A DNA stretch of 64,000 nucleotides. It comes from Eledone cirrhosa (Eukaryota). This document shows positions 13,117-26,815 of this stretch, one piece after another. Location: NCBI GenBank assembly GCA_964016885.1, contig OZ024742.1, forward strand, positions 33,666,001 to 33,730,000, in the 5' to 3' direction. The stretch's first letter is position 1, and every line of letters begins with the position of its first letter. Position numbers and translations under genes: made by a program. The notes beneath the pieces were generated by a model. It worked only from the letters and a program-made list of their open reading frames with translations, was not told where the DNA came from and did not search any database.

Positions 13117-13925
13117 TGTGTGTGTTATTATAGGTCCGTACGAAGCTAAGACGAAATGTGTGTGTATATATGTGAGTAAAAGACTGTGTGCATCTAAGTA
13201 CGAAGCTGAGAGCAAAAGTATGTTAATATAAGCGTGTGCATCGGCATGTATTAGTTGTAAGGGAAGCTGCTAATGATCAAGAGAAAACGATAGGAATCTA
13301 GGGGTGTGATAATGGACGGGGTATTAGAGAAATTGAGGAGGTGAGTTGAGTCCAAGAGAGGAATAGGACCCAAGGTGGTGAATTAGACTTTATTCAGTCC
13401 TGTTGCACGAGGCCTGTGATGCATGATGTAAAAGGACACCCAGGACTGAAACATGTAGCGAAGAATGACCAGGAAAACAGAAACGACGGGCGACATGAGT
13501 ATCCAAATCGAATCTGATGTTCCTCAAATGTTCAGTAAAACGGTCCGCCATACGGTGTCCCGTTTGTCCGATATAAAAAGACCCGCAAAGGAAACACCGG
13601 AGGGCATAGACAACGTGGGTGGATGTGCAGGTGAAGGAATGGCAGATACGGAAAGACCCGTTAGGGCCGCTAAGAGTGGTGAGGGTAGAAATAAAGGGAC
13701 AAGTGTTGCAGCGGGAACGGGAACAAGGACGAGAGCTGGGTGGAGTCGTGGGAGAGGACGAAAAGAAACTGCGAACCAGGAGGTCGCGGAGGTTGCGGGC
13801 GCGCTTAAAATCAGTAATGGGTGGGTTTGGAAAAAAGCGAGAAGTGACGGGGTCAGAAGAGAGGATACGGAAGGAACGGAGGATATGTCGCCGGAGTGGT
13901 AGGGTGATGGGGTGGTAGGTGAGAG
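12706..13925 (-). mobile_element. Neptune-like PLE 3' part: linker Zn motif, GIY-YIG endonuclease, 3' UTR and HHR, ending in (TA)n
   Basis: FKRARNLRDLLVRS, PCSRSRCNTCPFI, FTCTSTHVVYALRCFLCGSFYIGQTG, RFTEHL in ORF 13390-13977. Confidence 0.9.
12793..12828 (-). ncRNA. minimal type I hammerhead ribozyme
   Basis: reverse complement reads TCTT-CTGATGA-AGGACTAGCACCC-GAAA-CG-TT-AAGA: stem I TCTT/AAGA and palindromic AACGTT stem III. Confidence 0.8.
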
Positions 13926-13929
13926 GGAA

Positions 13930-14155
13930 TAATAATAATAATAATAATGTTTTCTTAAATAAGCACAAGGCCAGCAATTTTGGGGGAGGGGAAAGTAGAT
14001 TAAATCGACCCCAGTGCGTGACTGGTACTTTATTTTATCAACCCCGTAAGGATGAAAGGCAAAGTTAACCTCGGCGGGATTTGAACTCATAATCACAAGG
14101 GCCGTAACTCTATGCGTCAAAGCATGGCGTCCGACCTTCTACCGATACTGCCAAT
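13930..14155 (-). mobile_element. SINE
   Basis: reverse complement of the family with an (ATT)n tail. Confidence 0.9.
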
Positions 14156-14169
14156 AATAATAATAATAA

Positions 14170-14275
14170 AAGGTGAAGACTAAAATCCAAAGAGTTTCAG
14201 AAGATCCTGTTAAGAGTGAAAGCAGCGATTCTTCGCTTAAACTTTAATCTGTTATTTTAATAAATAAATAAATAA
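14170..14275 (+). mobile_element. Hydra-like PLE end fragment with inverted tail and variant HHR
   Basis: TGAAGACTAAAATCCAA (inverted tail), then AGTTT-CAGAAGA-..-GAAA-GC..GC-TT-AAACT, AATAAA and (TA)n. Confidence 0.7.
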
Positions 14276-14810
<535 letters not shown>

Positions 14811-14941
14811 CCACAAAGTTACCACAGGAGAAAGTGTCATTGAATGTTGTATCACCCACAAAGTTACCACAGGAGAAAGTGTCATTGAATGTTGTATCAC
14901 CCACAAAGTTACCACAGGAGAAAGTGTCATTGAATGTTGTA

Positions 14942-17390
14942 ACACCCACAAAATTATTAACCATCTTGCCAACAACCCTGAGCACCTTTTTGATTTCCAT
15001 TTGTCTAACAGTACAGCTCCCATGACTTTCGGAAACAATTTTTTCACGCTCAGAGTTGCTGAAGCATGGAACAAATTACCTGCATTAGTTGTTAGCTGTC
15101 GAGACACTGCATCCTTTAAAACCTCCATGGAACAAACTACCTGCATCAGTTGTTAGCTGTCGAGACACTGCATCCTTTAAAACCTCCATGGAACAAACTA
15201 CCTGCATCAGTTGTTAGCTGTCGAGACACTGCATCCTTTAAAACCTCCATGGAACAAACTACCTGCATCAGTTGTTAGCTGTCGAGACACTGCATCCTTT
15301 AAAACCTCCATGGAACAAACTACCTGCATCAGTTGTTAGCTGTCGAGACACTGCATCCTTTAAAACCTCCATGGAACAAACTACCTGCATCAGTTGTTAG
15401 CTGTCGAGACACTGCATACTTTAAAACCTCCATGGAACAAACTACCTGCATCAGTTGTTAGCTGTCGAGACACTTGCATACTTTAAAACCTCCATGGAAC
15501 AAACTACCTGCATCAGTTGTTAGCTGTCGAGACACTGCATCCTTTAAAACCTCCATGGAACAAACTACCTGCATCAGTTGTTAGCTGTCGAGACACTGCA
15601 TCCTTTAAAACCTCCATGGAAGAAACTACCTGAATCAGTTGTTAGCTGTCGAGACACTGCATCCTTTAAAACCTCCATGGAACAAACTACCTGCATCAGT
15701 TGTTAGCTGTCGAGACACTGCATCCTTTAAAACCTCCATGGAACAAACTACCTGCATCAGTTGTTAGCTGTCGAGACACTGCATCCTTTAAAACCTCCAT
15801 GGAACAAACTACCTGCATCAGTTGTTAGCTGTCGAGACACTGCATCCTTTAAAACCTCCATGGAACAAACTACCTGCATCAGTTGTTAGCTGTCGAGACA
15901 TTGCATCCTTTAAAACCTCCATGGAACAAACTACCTGCATCAGTTATTAGCTGTCGAGACTCTGCTGCATCCTTTAAAACCTCCATGGAACAAACTACCT
16001 GAATCAGTTGTTAGCTGTCGAGACACTGCATCCTTTAAAACCTCCATGGAACAAACTACCTGCATCAGTTGTTAGCTGTCGAGGCACTGCATCCTTTAAA
16101 ACCTCCATGGAACAAACTACCTGCATCAGTTGTTACCTGTCGAGACACTGCATCCTTTAAAACCTCCATGGAACAAACTACCTGCATCAGTTGTTAGCTG
16201 TCGAGACACTGCATCCTTTAAAACCTCCACGGAACAAACTACCTGCATCAGTTGTTAGCTGTCGAGACACTGCATCCTTTAAAACCTCCAAACTACCTGC
16301 ATCAGTTGCTAGCTGTCGAGACTCTGCTGCATCCTTTAAAACCTCCATGGAACAAACTACCTGAATCAGTTGTTAGCTGTCGAGACACTGCATCCTTTAA
16401 AACCTCCATGGAACAAACTACCTGCATCAGTTGTTAGCTGTCGAGACACTGCATCCTTTAAAACCTCAATGGAACAAACTACCTGCATCAGTTGTTAGCT
16501 GTCGAGACACTGCATCCTTTAAAACCTCCATGGAACAAACTACCTGCATCAGTTGTTAGCTGTCGAGACACTGCATCCTTTAAAACCTCCATGGAACAAA
16601 CTACCTGCATCAGTTGTTAGCTGTCGAGACACTGCATCCTTTAAAACCTCCATGGAACAAACTACCTGCATCAGTTGTTAGCTGTCGAGACACTGCATCA
16701 TTTAAAACCTCCATGGAACAAACTACCTGCATCAGTTGTTAGCTGTCGAGACACTGCATCCTTTAAAACCTCAATGGAACAAACTACCTGCATCAGTTGT
16801 TAGCTGTCGAGACTCTGCATCCTTTAAAACCTCCATGGAACAAACTACCTGCATCAGTTGTTAGCTGTCGAGACACTGCATCCTTTAAAACCTCCATGGA
16901 ACAAACTACCTGCATCAGTTGTTAGCTGTCGAGACACTGCATCCTTTAAAACCTCCATGGAACAAACTACCTGCATCAGTTGTTAGCTGTCGAGACACTG
17001 CATCCTTTAAAACCTCCATGGAACAAACTACCTGCATCAGTTGTTAGCTGTCGAGACACTGCATCCTTTAAAACCTCCATGGAATAAACTACCTGCATCA
17101 GTTGTTAGCTGTCGAGACACTGCATCCTTTAGAACCTCCATGGAACAAACTACCTGCATCAGTTGTTAGCTGTCGAGACACTGCATCCTTTAACACCTCC
17201 ATGCTTCCTGAGATTCGCCAACACTACACCTAATATTCCCCCTCCATACACACGCACTCATGTATATCATGACTTATACACTATTCACTTCCCTGACATT
17301 TGTATATTATTCTATGTACTATACATGCACCTTTGATGAGTTGTAGTGCACCTGAACACTGTACAGAATAATTTCATTATTATTATTATT
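14942..17390 (+). mobile_element. CR1-clade LINE 3' end with internal tandem array and (ATT)n tail
   Basis: THKIINHL..NFFTLRVAEAWNKLP..VVSCRDTASFKTSMLPEIRQHYT*, then 3' UTR and ATT repeats. Confidence 0.8.
15065..17203. repeat. 61-bp minisatellite, about 35 copies
   Basis: unit CATGGAACAAACTACCTGCATCAGTTGTTAGCTGTCGAGACACTGCATCCTTTAAAACCTC. Confidence 0.98.
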
Positions 17391-17710
17391 ACATGAAGAA
17401 AAAAGTACCAGTAATGGACTGGGTAATTGCTGGCCTTCTGTCAAAAGTAGAAACAATTATTATTACATGAAGTTCTTACTACCGCAGATCAGGAAGATCA
17501 TGAGGCTATTTGGCCATCTGTCGTCCCTTTTTCTCTTTTACGTGTTCCAGCCATCCGACTGAGGCCATGCTGGGGCATTGCCCTTGATAATGCTGTATAA
17601 CTTCTGACTGATATGAAGAGGAATATGAGTCACGGTAAACTAATTCCAAATTTATTAACTCGAAAAATAAGTGCTCTGCGGTTCGAATTCTTAACATTTC
17701 AGCTTGATTA

Positions 17711-18095
<385 letters not shown>

Positions 18096-18494
18096 CACAC
18101 TCGTCTCTCACACATGCTCTAGAGTCTACACTCTAGACATACATCAGGTCGTTAAACTCACATGAATATCTACAAATATAGCTCCACTTCATTGATTTAT
18201 ATTCTATATTTGAAAGTTTTCAGTATTGTATTCGTATCGAATTTTTCCCTGGAGGGGATTTTACCTGTAACTTACGACACTTCCAATTTGTTCTTCACAT
18301 CAGCCACTAGTATATAAATGAATGTGTATCGAATAAAAGTAGCTTTGGTTGATCCTGCTGACGAAGTACGTATATACACATATTGCTTTATATCTGTGCA
18401 TGTTTCGCAGAAACCTTCTTGCCCAGAGTAAAAAATATTACATGTATCTTTTTTATAGGTCTGTTACTTTACTCTCTCCCTCTTTATATATATA

Positions 18495-18544
18495 GAATTA
18501 GCCGTCGAAACGGCTTGAGCTCAGCTGTCGGGGTCTTACTGGTT

Positions 18545-18548
<4 letters not shown>
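18495..18548. repeat. solo arm of hairpin family A in (TA)n
   Basis: identical to the right arm at 6204-6258. Confidence 0.85.
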
Positions 18549-18580
<32 letters not shown>

Positions 18581-18586
<6 letters not shown>

Positions 18587-18965
18587 TATGTACACGTACA
18601 TACATATATGTATACAGACGTACAGTAGTATGTATATATATATACATACATGCACACATATATATATGTACGTATGGATTCACCGAACATTTATTATAAT
18701 GCTCGGTGTGTTTGTAAACAAACATCCCGTATTAAGCCGTAGTGTCTAGCAACCATCGTTGCTCGTTTGTTCAACGCTGACAAAGGAACGCTGTACTAGT
18801 TTCAAGCTTATTAGCTATCGTCAGCAACGTATACCTTCCTGCCAGATTGTTGAACGTATATACTTACCTTATGCATATTAACGGCTGAGTGCATGTATGT
18901 ATATATATATATACATACTACTGTACGTCTGTATACATATATGTATGTACGTGTACATACTTATA
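18581..18965 (-). mobile_element. inverted-repeat-bounded PLE-like end with HHR core
   Basis: about 75-bp inverted repeats at 18581-18655 and 18889-18965; reverse complement of 18799-18824 reads CTGACGA-TAGCTAATAAGCTT-GAAAC. Confidence 0.65.
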
Positions 18966-19019
18966 TTTAAGTAACAGCCCTACTAAGAGTGGGAAATTAA
19001 ATTTCGTTTCATTTTTTCC

Positions 19020-19075
<56 letters not shown>

Positions 19076-19145
19076 GGTGTGGGATGCTTGATGCGTCCGT
19101 ATGCGGTAGGCCGTTTGAACACTCGATGCTCTTACATAGCAGAGT

Positions 19146-19217
19146 ATAAGAAACGTAGAATCAGTGGTGCGACGAATTAAAATTTATTCGTCGCACCACT
19201 GATCATCCGTTTCCTAT
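19146..19217. repeat. short hairpin between (TA)n tracts
   Basis: ATCAGTGGTGCGACGAAT / ATTCGTCGCACCACTGAT; the arm resembles 25017-25060. Confidence 0.75.
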
Positions 19218-19247
19218 GTGATATATATATATATATATATATATATT

Positions 19248-20910
19248 TATTAAAATAACAGATTAAATTTTAAGTAAGAATCGCTGCTTTCACCCTTAAC
19301 GGAATCTTCTGAAACTAAATAAGTCAATCTGTGAACGCAGAAGTAAATATAAAAAAAAAAACGTTGCAACCGAAGGAAGACAGGAAGACGATACTTTGGT
19401 TCGTGGAAACGTTCCCTGGCAAAGAACGAAAAAAAAAAACGAAAATAATACGTCATTATTTGGTGCAATGTAAACAATTACAAGCGAAGACAAAACCACG
19501 TTTATCGTATAAATGAAGTCGTAGATTAATATTCTATTAGGTGGTTCATGGAGACGTTCTCTGGCAATGAACGAAAACAACGAAGATAATACGTCATTAT
19601 GTGGAGCGGGGAGAACAATTACACGCAAAGACAAAACCACGTAAATGGTATAACTGAAATCGTAAACTAAAATTCTATTTAGGAAACCGAATGATTCTCG
19701 GCTTCAGAGTTAAGAATCAGGTAAATAAAATACAGAGGTAATTGAAATTAAATATATACATGCACACATCCATATACGTACATACACAAGCATACGCGAA
19801 ACCACTACCCATGGGTATGCAAAGACAAGCACGTACACAAAAAGAAAAAAGAAAAAAGAAAAAAGAAAAGAAAACACACACGCATATACAGAACCCACGC
19901 GACGCCTGTACCGCACACATACGAACGTTTACACCAAATACACATAAAAATAAATAAATAAAGACATATATATATATACACATATGTGTGTGTGTGTGTG
20001 CGTGTATACATAATTAAATAAACGTATATAAATATACACACATAAATACGTATACAATGCTCGCACGCATTCACCTACATGTAAAGACATATATTCGCGG
20101 ACGTACGCCAACCAAAACATAAAGTACACATATACACACACCCTACATACATACGAACCCGCATACTCACACAGACGCAAAACTCGCGTATACACATAAC
20201 CAAATGCACATGTACCAGTATATATAACATATACGCCAATAACATATACAAGCAAATATACGTACGAGAAAATATACGTACCTTCACAAAACATACAGGT
20301 AATATATACTTACCTATACGAATAAGTAATGGTATTAACATAACATATACTTAGCTACCACATCAAGACATAAAATATCCGCGTATAGTTCGTACTATCC
20401 GTTAGGGTATAATGTAGGGCTGTAATACAGGAAAGTTTTGTGCAATTTATGTTACAAGCCGAAATTGCCTCATATTTTTTGTTTAAGTTGTGGTCTTTGG
20501 CGTAGAGTATTTCCAGGGCCTCAGCGAGCGCAGAGGTCACATAGTCTTTTATTTCCGTTATACGATCTAGCCTTAGCTAGGATCTCCCAGTGTAACTTAT
20601 ATTGGGTGTGGTTGTCTTTTAGACTCTAGATATAAGCTGAAAGTGACGTCATATTCCTTCTTAAAGGATTAAGAAAAGAATGGGTATGCATGTAAAGACG
20701 CTGCTTGAATCTATTGGCGGTTAACCCTATGTAGGCCCTACGGGACGTGGGTGTTCCAACCTTACATTTGTAGACAATGTTACTAGAGAGGCATTTCCCG
20801 GATAGGGGGCAGTCAACCCGGTTCCTACAATTACAGTTAGTACTAGCTACAGGGTTGCACGTGGTAGGTAATTTAGCTAAATTTGGATTTTAGTCTTCAA
20901 ATTTATTATT
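19248..20910 (-). mobile_element. 5'-truncated Hydra-clade-like PLE with inverted tail, in (TA)n
   Basis: GIY-YIG remnant, about 1.1-kb 3' UTR containing a roughly 146-bp duplication, variant HHR near 19270-19316, and an oppositely oriented tail TTGGATTTTAGTCTTCAAATTTATTA at about 20883-20908. Confidence 0.85.
20430..20860 (-). pseudogene. PLE GIY-YIG endonuclease with CxCx5C linker (one stop, one frameshift); mostly missed by the ORF track
   Basis: hand translation NCNCRNRVDCPLSGKCLSSNIVYKCKV..AYIGLTANRFKQRLYMHTHSF..TSLSAYI*SLK..WEILAKARSY..LCDLC/EALEIL..NLNKKYEAISAC. Confidence 0.88.
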
Positions 20911-20915
20911 ATTAC

Positions 20916-20953
<38 letters not shown>

Positions 20954-21299
20954 CAGTAGTTCTTCGGTATTCGCGGGGTTTACGTTCGCGGGGTTTAGAG
21001 CACCCACGAAGAGTGAGAAACCGCGAATATTGGACGTGATCCATAAAAATGTCTATCAACGTCAAAATATAACGTAAAATATAATAAAAAAGAGGGAGCG
21101 TCTTATGCGAGGGGGTTTCCAATAGACCGGCAAATACGGTATATTGTTATCAATAATTTAGCATTAAAAAAATATATATATTGCCACGAAAAAAAGATAT
21201 TTACGGTGGTTTCCATGAACGATTATTAGTTCGGTTCTAAGGAAAATCCCGCGAATAACCGGGATCGTGAATGCCGGGACCGCGAATGCCGGGAGTACA

Positions 21300-21302
<3 letters not shown>
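20954..21302. mobile_element. pogo/Tigger-like MITE in (TA)n
   Basis: imperfect TIRs CAGTAGTTCTTCGGTATTCGCGG / CCGCGAATGCCGGGAGTACACTG with TA flanks and subterminal TTCGCGG repeats. Confidence 0.75.
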
Positions 21303-21369
<67 letters not shown>

Positions 21370-22732
21370 TAAAACGGACGTTAACTGACACACATATATA
21401 CACACACATGTGCGTATATATGCTTAGATATTTTGTTTCATATACAAGCAAATAACTTGAAAGTTTTAACTTTATAAGATAAAAATAGTTTTCCATGTCA
21501 GTTTCGAAAATACTGAAAATTTTCAATTAAGAGAGATCCTCCATTTCAAAGAACTAGATTGTACATGGGTCATTAAGAGAACATTTACGTGGTCACTCAA
21601 CCAGCTAGAAATAGCAACGAAATTTCCCTCAACCCATCTTATAAAAGTAAAGGAACATTGGATTATCTAGACAGATACCCCCAAAAGATAGGATTGTAAC
21701 GACTAATATGTCCAATATTTATTTTTCAGAGGCACTGGTTTGCAATTACTTGGCATTTAATGATCAAAGGGACATTTTCTTGGATAGGAGATTTAAAGTT
21801 GTGGTATCGATATTATTATTTAAGAAATTGGAAGAATAAATCAAATGCACGGTTTGCCAATAGGAACTTCTACCTGGCTGCTTGATCTGCTAGAAATAGC
21901 AGCCAACATTTTATGTTTCCAACATTTTATGTTTCCAATATTTCATATTCTACCGTCTTAAAAAAAATGGCAAATACACATTGGATAATATAATCATTGT
22001 ATCTGCCCCCCCCCCCCCCCCAAAAAAAAAACTGGCTTGTCACGACTGAAATTCCTGGATCAGGGTTGAACCTGCGTTAAACAGCAACTCGGTTCACTAC
22101 GGGCTTATAACCACATCTACAGGGCTCGTTAATATTCTGTAAGTAGATTATATACATTTATTTGCTATACGGTTTTTTCACCACCCATATTTGTTACAAT
22201 ATTTCTTATTTAAATTAATACAAAGATATGTAATGGCTGATAACTTAAAATCCTGAACCCTTGCATTCCAGATCATAAGTTCATAACCTACAGAAGGAGC
22301 CGTGTTGAATCTCTCGGTTCTACTTGCCTTACAATAGACACTCAACACCTAATTAAGTAATTATTAATTAATCAATATCTCATTCATTTAGTATACATGT
22401 TGACGTGACTAGTCTAGCCCTCAAGCTATATATTTGAAAATGATTTACATTTAATTAGTAATTAGTAATTAGAACAGAACAGAAATATAATCTTGTGATA
22501 AATTATGCAAGCTTCCAGATTGACAGAAGCATTACAGCGACAGTGAAATTACTTACAGAGTTAATTAACGACCGTATATGTCTTGAAATCAAGTCTCGTC
22601 GTGGTCTATTTTGCCATTCAATCTTCTGGGTTCGATTAAAATAAATATCAGTGAAGTACAGAGGACAGTTTAATCGGCTATACTAAAAAATACCTAGCCT
22701 TGTGCCTTTGACACACATCATTATTATTTCAG

Positions 22733-22947
22733 TGGTGGTGGATTGGCAGTATCGGTAGAGCGTCGGGCACTATATTTCGCAGCATAGCCCTTTACCTTTT
22801 GAGTTCAAAACCCGCCGAGGTTAGCTTTGACTTTCATCCTCATGGGGTCGATAAAACAAAGTACTAGTAAGCACTAAAGTCAATTTAATGAACTTGTCGC
22901 TTTCCTTCAAATTCTTGGCCTTTTGCCTAAATCAGAAACCATTATTT
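22733..22947 (+). mobile_element. SINE
   Basis: A/B boxes and core; ATTATTTCAGT on both sides. Confidence 0.85.
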
Positions 22948-23214
22948 CAGTAGTCTAGAGCGATTGATTGGCATAATCGTTAGTGCATTATTTCATTACG
23001 GCCCTCTACGGTTCGACAGGGTGCGGCGTTGTTTTTTTGAGCAAAGCACTTTATTTCACGTTGCTCCAGTACACTCAGCTGAGAGAGAAAGTATCAGCAG
23101 TAACTGGGGAATCAATCCTGTGATAGACCTGCGTCCTGTCCAGGGAGATTCTTGTACACTCAGTCGCTTAAGGCCAAGGAAACTTTCAGCTTAGAACAAC
23201 TTCAGCTAGCTCCC

Positions 23215-23420
23215 AGTGAGGTCAACTTTGCCTTTACTCCTTCCGGGGTTGATAAAATAAAGTACCAATCAAGTTCTGGGGTTGATAAAATAAAGTACCA
23301 ATCAAGTTCTGGGGTTGATAAAATAAAGTACCAATCAAGTTCTGGGGTTGATATAAACGTCTTTTACCTCCTCCCCCAAATTTCTGGCCTCGTGCCTATG
23401 TTCGAAAGAATTATTATTTC
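23215..23420 (+). mobile_element. SINE 3' half with 3 x 33-bp internal tandem repeat
   Basis: GGGGTTGATAAAATAAAGTACCAATCAAGTTCT repeated from 23245. Confidence 0.8.
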
Positions 23421-23689
23421 AGTAGTTATATTCTAATGCGTACTTTCTCTGCACAACAAAGGTAGGGAATTAATAGAGTCGTTAGAATGTTTTGCCGTAT
23501 TTATTCTGGGGACCTGTGCTCTGAGGTAAGATCCCACCGAGGCTAACTTTGCCTTTCATTCTTTCGATAAACCAACTTCTAGTTCAGTATTGGGGCTGAT
23601 TCTTCCTCTATATCGCTTCCTCATTTCATCTTTTATTTTCTGGAAGAAATTGGCTGTACTCAGACCTGGAGGGGGTACTAGTAGATAGG

Positions 23690-23867
23690 TACGAGGGTCA
23701 GCTGAAAAGTTCATAGACTGACTAAAATACTCTCATGGAATGACCAAATGAGGTTTATTTTTCAACATAGTCCCTTTATAAAAAGAGTTGAAATTAATGC
23801 AAGCAAGATTTCACAGCTCAAGCAAAACTCCTTCATAGTCAGATTATGAATTTTTAAAACGACTGTA
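23690..23867. mobile_element. degenerate mariner-derived MITE
   Basis: TACGAGGGTCAGCTGAAAAGTTCATAGACTGAC...GTCAGATTATGAATTTTTAAAACGACTGTA. Confidence 0.6.
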
Positions 23868-24387
23868 CATGCATGCATACATGCATACACACATACATAC
23901 ATTCATACATACATGCATACATACATACATACATACATACATACATTCATACACACATACATACATTCATACACACATACATTCATACATGCACACAATA
24001 CGTATGGAGTGCTTAATATTACTAATTTTTGAATGATGTGTATGTAAATAATTATTAGTCAACTACAGGAGTCAATTTAACTGACTACACAAAAAATGTC
24101 TATCTTTGTGCTTATGTTAAATGCATGTATGGATCCGTAACAGCTGATGGAGTCGTAGGGATGTTGTCGTGACATACGACACATCTTGAATAATCTAAAC
24201 TTGGCGGAGCCTATCCCCTCTCCATGCTTGAGCACAGCCGATTTCTTCCAGGGAGGGAGAAAGTGAAGGAGAGGAAGTGAGAAAGAGATATAAAGAAAGA
24301 ATTGACCTCAGTACTGGATTGGTACTATTTTAGGATGAAAGTTGATCTTTGGCTGCATCTCTGTTTAGTCACTATTATTTGAGCAGA

Positions 24388-24580
24388 GACGGTGGATTTG
24401 CAGTATCGGTAGAGCGTCGGACACCATGCTGAGTTCAAATCTCGCCGAGGTTAGCTTTGCCTTTCATCCTCACGGGGTCGATAAAATAAAGTACCAGTAA
24501 TACACTGTGGTCGATTTAATCGACTTTCCCCTTTCCCTTCAAATATTTGGCCCTGTGCCTGAATGAGAAACCATTATTTG
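24388..24580 (+). mobile_element. SINE with internal deletion
   Basis: family match; ATTATTT(T)GAGCAG on both flanks. Confidence 0.85.
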
Positions 24581-25092
24581 AGCAGTCACATTTATATTGC
24601 GCGTTCACTGTACAACCGAACAACCGAACATAGATATGTGTGCTTTGCACCCAGAACATGTTTTTGTTTTTCAAGTATTCAAAGCACTCTACATAATATG
24701 TATAAATAACATAATAGTATATTCTGCATGTTATATATGTGTGTCAGTCGGTTTTGGTTATATATTTGTTTGTACATCTGTTTTAATCGCCCCACAAACA
24801 GGATCAGCACTATCATTAAAGCCAACTAGACCGTCGTCAAGAGCATAGTCCTCAGGGAGAAGTATTTGCTCTGATCGATTGACAAGATCCCAGACCTCAC
24901 TCGCTTTCCGAGTGGGGTGGACCTCGTCAAATCGGACCATAGAAACAATGTTTCCATTGGTCTTTCCATTGCTGATACTATATATATATGTATATGTATA
25001 TATATATACATATAATATGGAAAACGAAGAATCAGTGATGCATCGGAACAGAATTTATTACGTATTACAATTGCTCAACCGGCATACTGCAA

Positions 25093-25160
<68 letters not shown>

Positions 25161-25849
25161 TTGTGCATGTTTCTATCATTCCCAAGGCAACTGTTATAGC
25201 AGGGATTATTTCGGCTTCCAATCAGCACATTCAATTCATATAATTGTCGAATGGCATCAAGATTTCATCAATCAAAATAAAACACATTGGTGAAAACTCC
25301 GCTGTCTGTCTTTTCTATAAATGCAACCAGTTTTACTCATTGTAATTCCCAAATGCATCAGAGAATAAATTGTAAAAATGAACAGAACAGTCGATTCTGG
25401 CAAAATAGCTTCGACGAGAAATGATTCCTTCACTTGTGTAAAATAGCAATGGAATTCCACTACTGTTATATATTAATCAGATGATTCTGTAAATCCTAAC
25501 AATCCTTCGACTGAAATTTCCAAAAATTGACTGGAGTTGAGTAATATCTTACTATTTTCGATTGCTTTCAATTTTATGAAGACGAAGAAAAAGAAGAAGA
25601 AGAAGAAGGACGATGGAGGGGGAGGAGGAGGAGGAAAGAAGAAGAAGAAGAAGAAGAAGAAGAAGAAGAAGAAGCAGGAAGGAAGTATCAATATAACATC
25701 AATATATAAGTATCTTTTATTCACACATATGACGAGTGTTATGCAATCGATCAACTCAAGGTATGATCGGTAGTAATCGGACCCGACTCTGGAATCGATT
25801 GCGAAACGTACGTCACGAGTGAATTAAAACTATATTGATGTTCTTTATT

Positions 25850-26042
25850 ATTAATTGAGTCTACTTTTGGCACAAGGCCAGCAATTACCCAGTACATTAC
25901 TGGTACTTTATTTTATCGACCCCGTAAGGATGAAAGACAAAGTTAACCTCGGCGGAATTTGAACTCAGATCGTAAAGGGATGTAACTCTATGGTGGAAAG
26001 CATGGCGTCCGACCCTCTACCGATACTACCAATACGCCAGCC
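25850..26042 (-). mobile_element. SINE
   Basis: reverse complement of the family; TGTTCTTT(T)ATTATT flanks. Confidence 0.85.
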
Positions 26043-26293
26043 TTTGTTCTTTATTATTGCTAACATTCTGTTTGTTACGGAGACACAAACTGGTGGAGAT
26101 AGACACGTAGAGTTCCACATCGGTAGCCGGAACCACATATTAGCATTGAGTGCTTAAACTAGTGAACCATTAGTAACTATATACACTATATACACTATAT
26201 ATATATATATATATGATAATAAGGGCGCTGCGGAGTTGCAAATGGGTTACATATGAAAAAAGTTTGTCCTTCGTTGTATATATATATATATAT

Positions 26294-26523
26294 ATAGGAA
26301 AAAGTATGACCCCGACGGCAGAGCTCAAGCCGTTTCGACGGCTATTTCTGGATTCAGAGTTCTGGACTCCAGTTCTGGACTCTGACTCCAGAAATAGCCG
26401 TCGAAACGGCTTGAGCTCTGCCGTCGGGGTCATACTTTTTTCTATTTCCCACTCTACTACCCTAAGTATTGAGTACTCTGGTGCGTTATGATCCATCTGG
26501 TTCCTTACCACAATTCCTTTGTT
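26294..26523. mobile_element. (TA)n-embedded fold-back element, family A
   Basis: inverted arms spanning 26294-26445 plus extension to 26523. Confidence 0.8.
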
Positions 26524-26815
26524 ATATATATATATATACAAAAAGTTATGAAACGAAAGGAGCTGTGTGGTTACTAAAAACAAGGTTTAGGATGGTGGTT
26601 AGGACGGAACAGGAGGAGAAAGGAAAAAAGGAGTTTCCATCGTCAGCTGTAAATGTTTCCCGGACCGATGTTTCGGCGCTGAATTACATATATATACATA
26701 TATATATAGTATATATATATATAGTATATATATATATATATATATATATAGTATATATATATATATACATTCATTCAAGATATTAACAAAAATAGAACTT
26801 CATTGTGATCAAGTA

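Noticed and set aside
15065-17203. CRISPR-like regular array (also 7298-9728 and 10277-11015)
   Set aside because: Head-to-tail identical units with no unique spacers, no cas genes, eukaryotic context
20626-20628. In-frame stop in the PLE endonuclease as possible selenocysteine recoding
   Set aside because: It is TAG at an expected Trp position, not TGA at Cys, and a frameshift lies nearby
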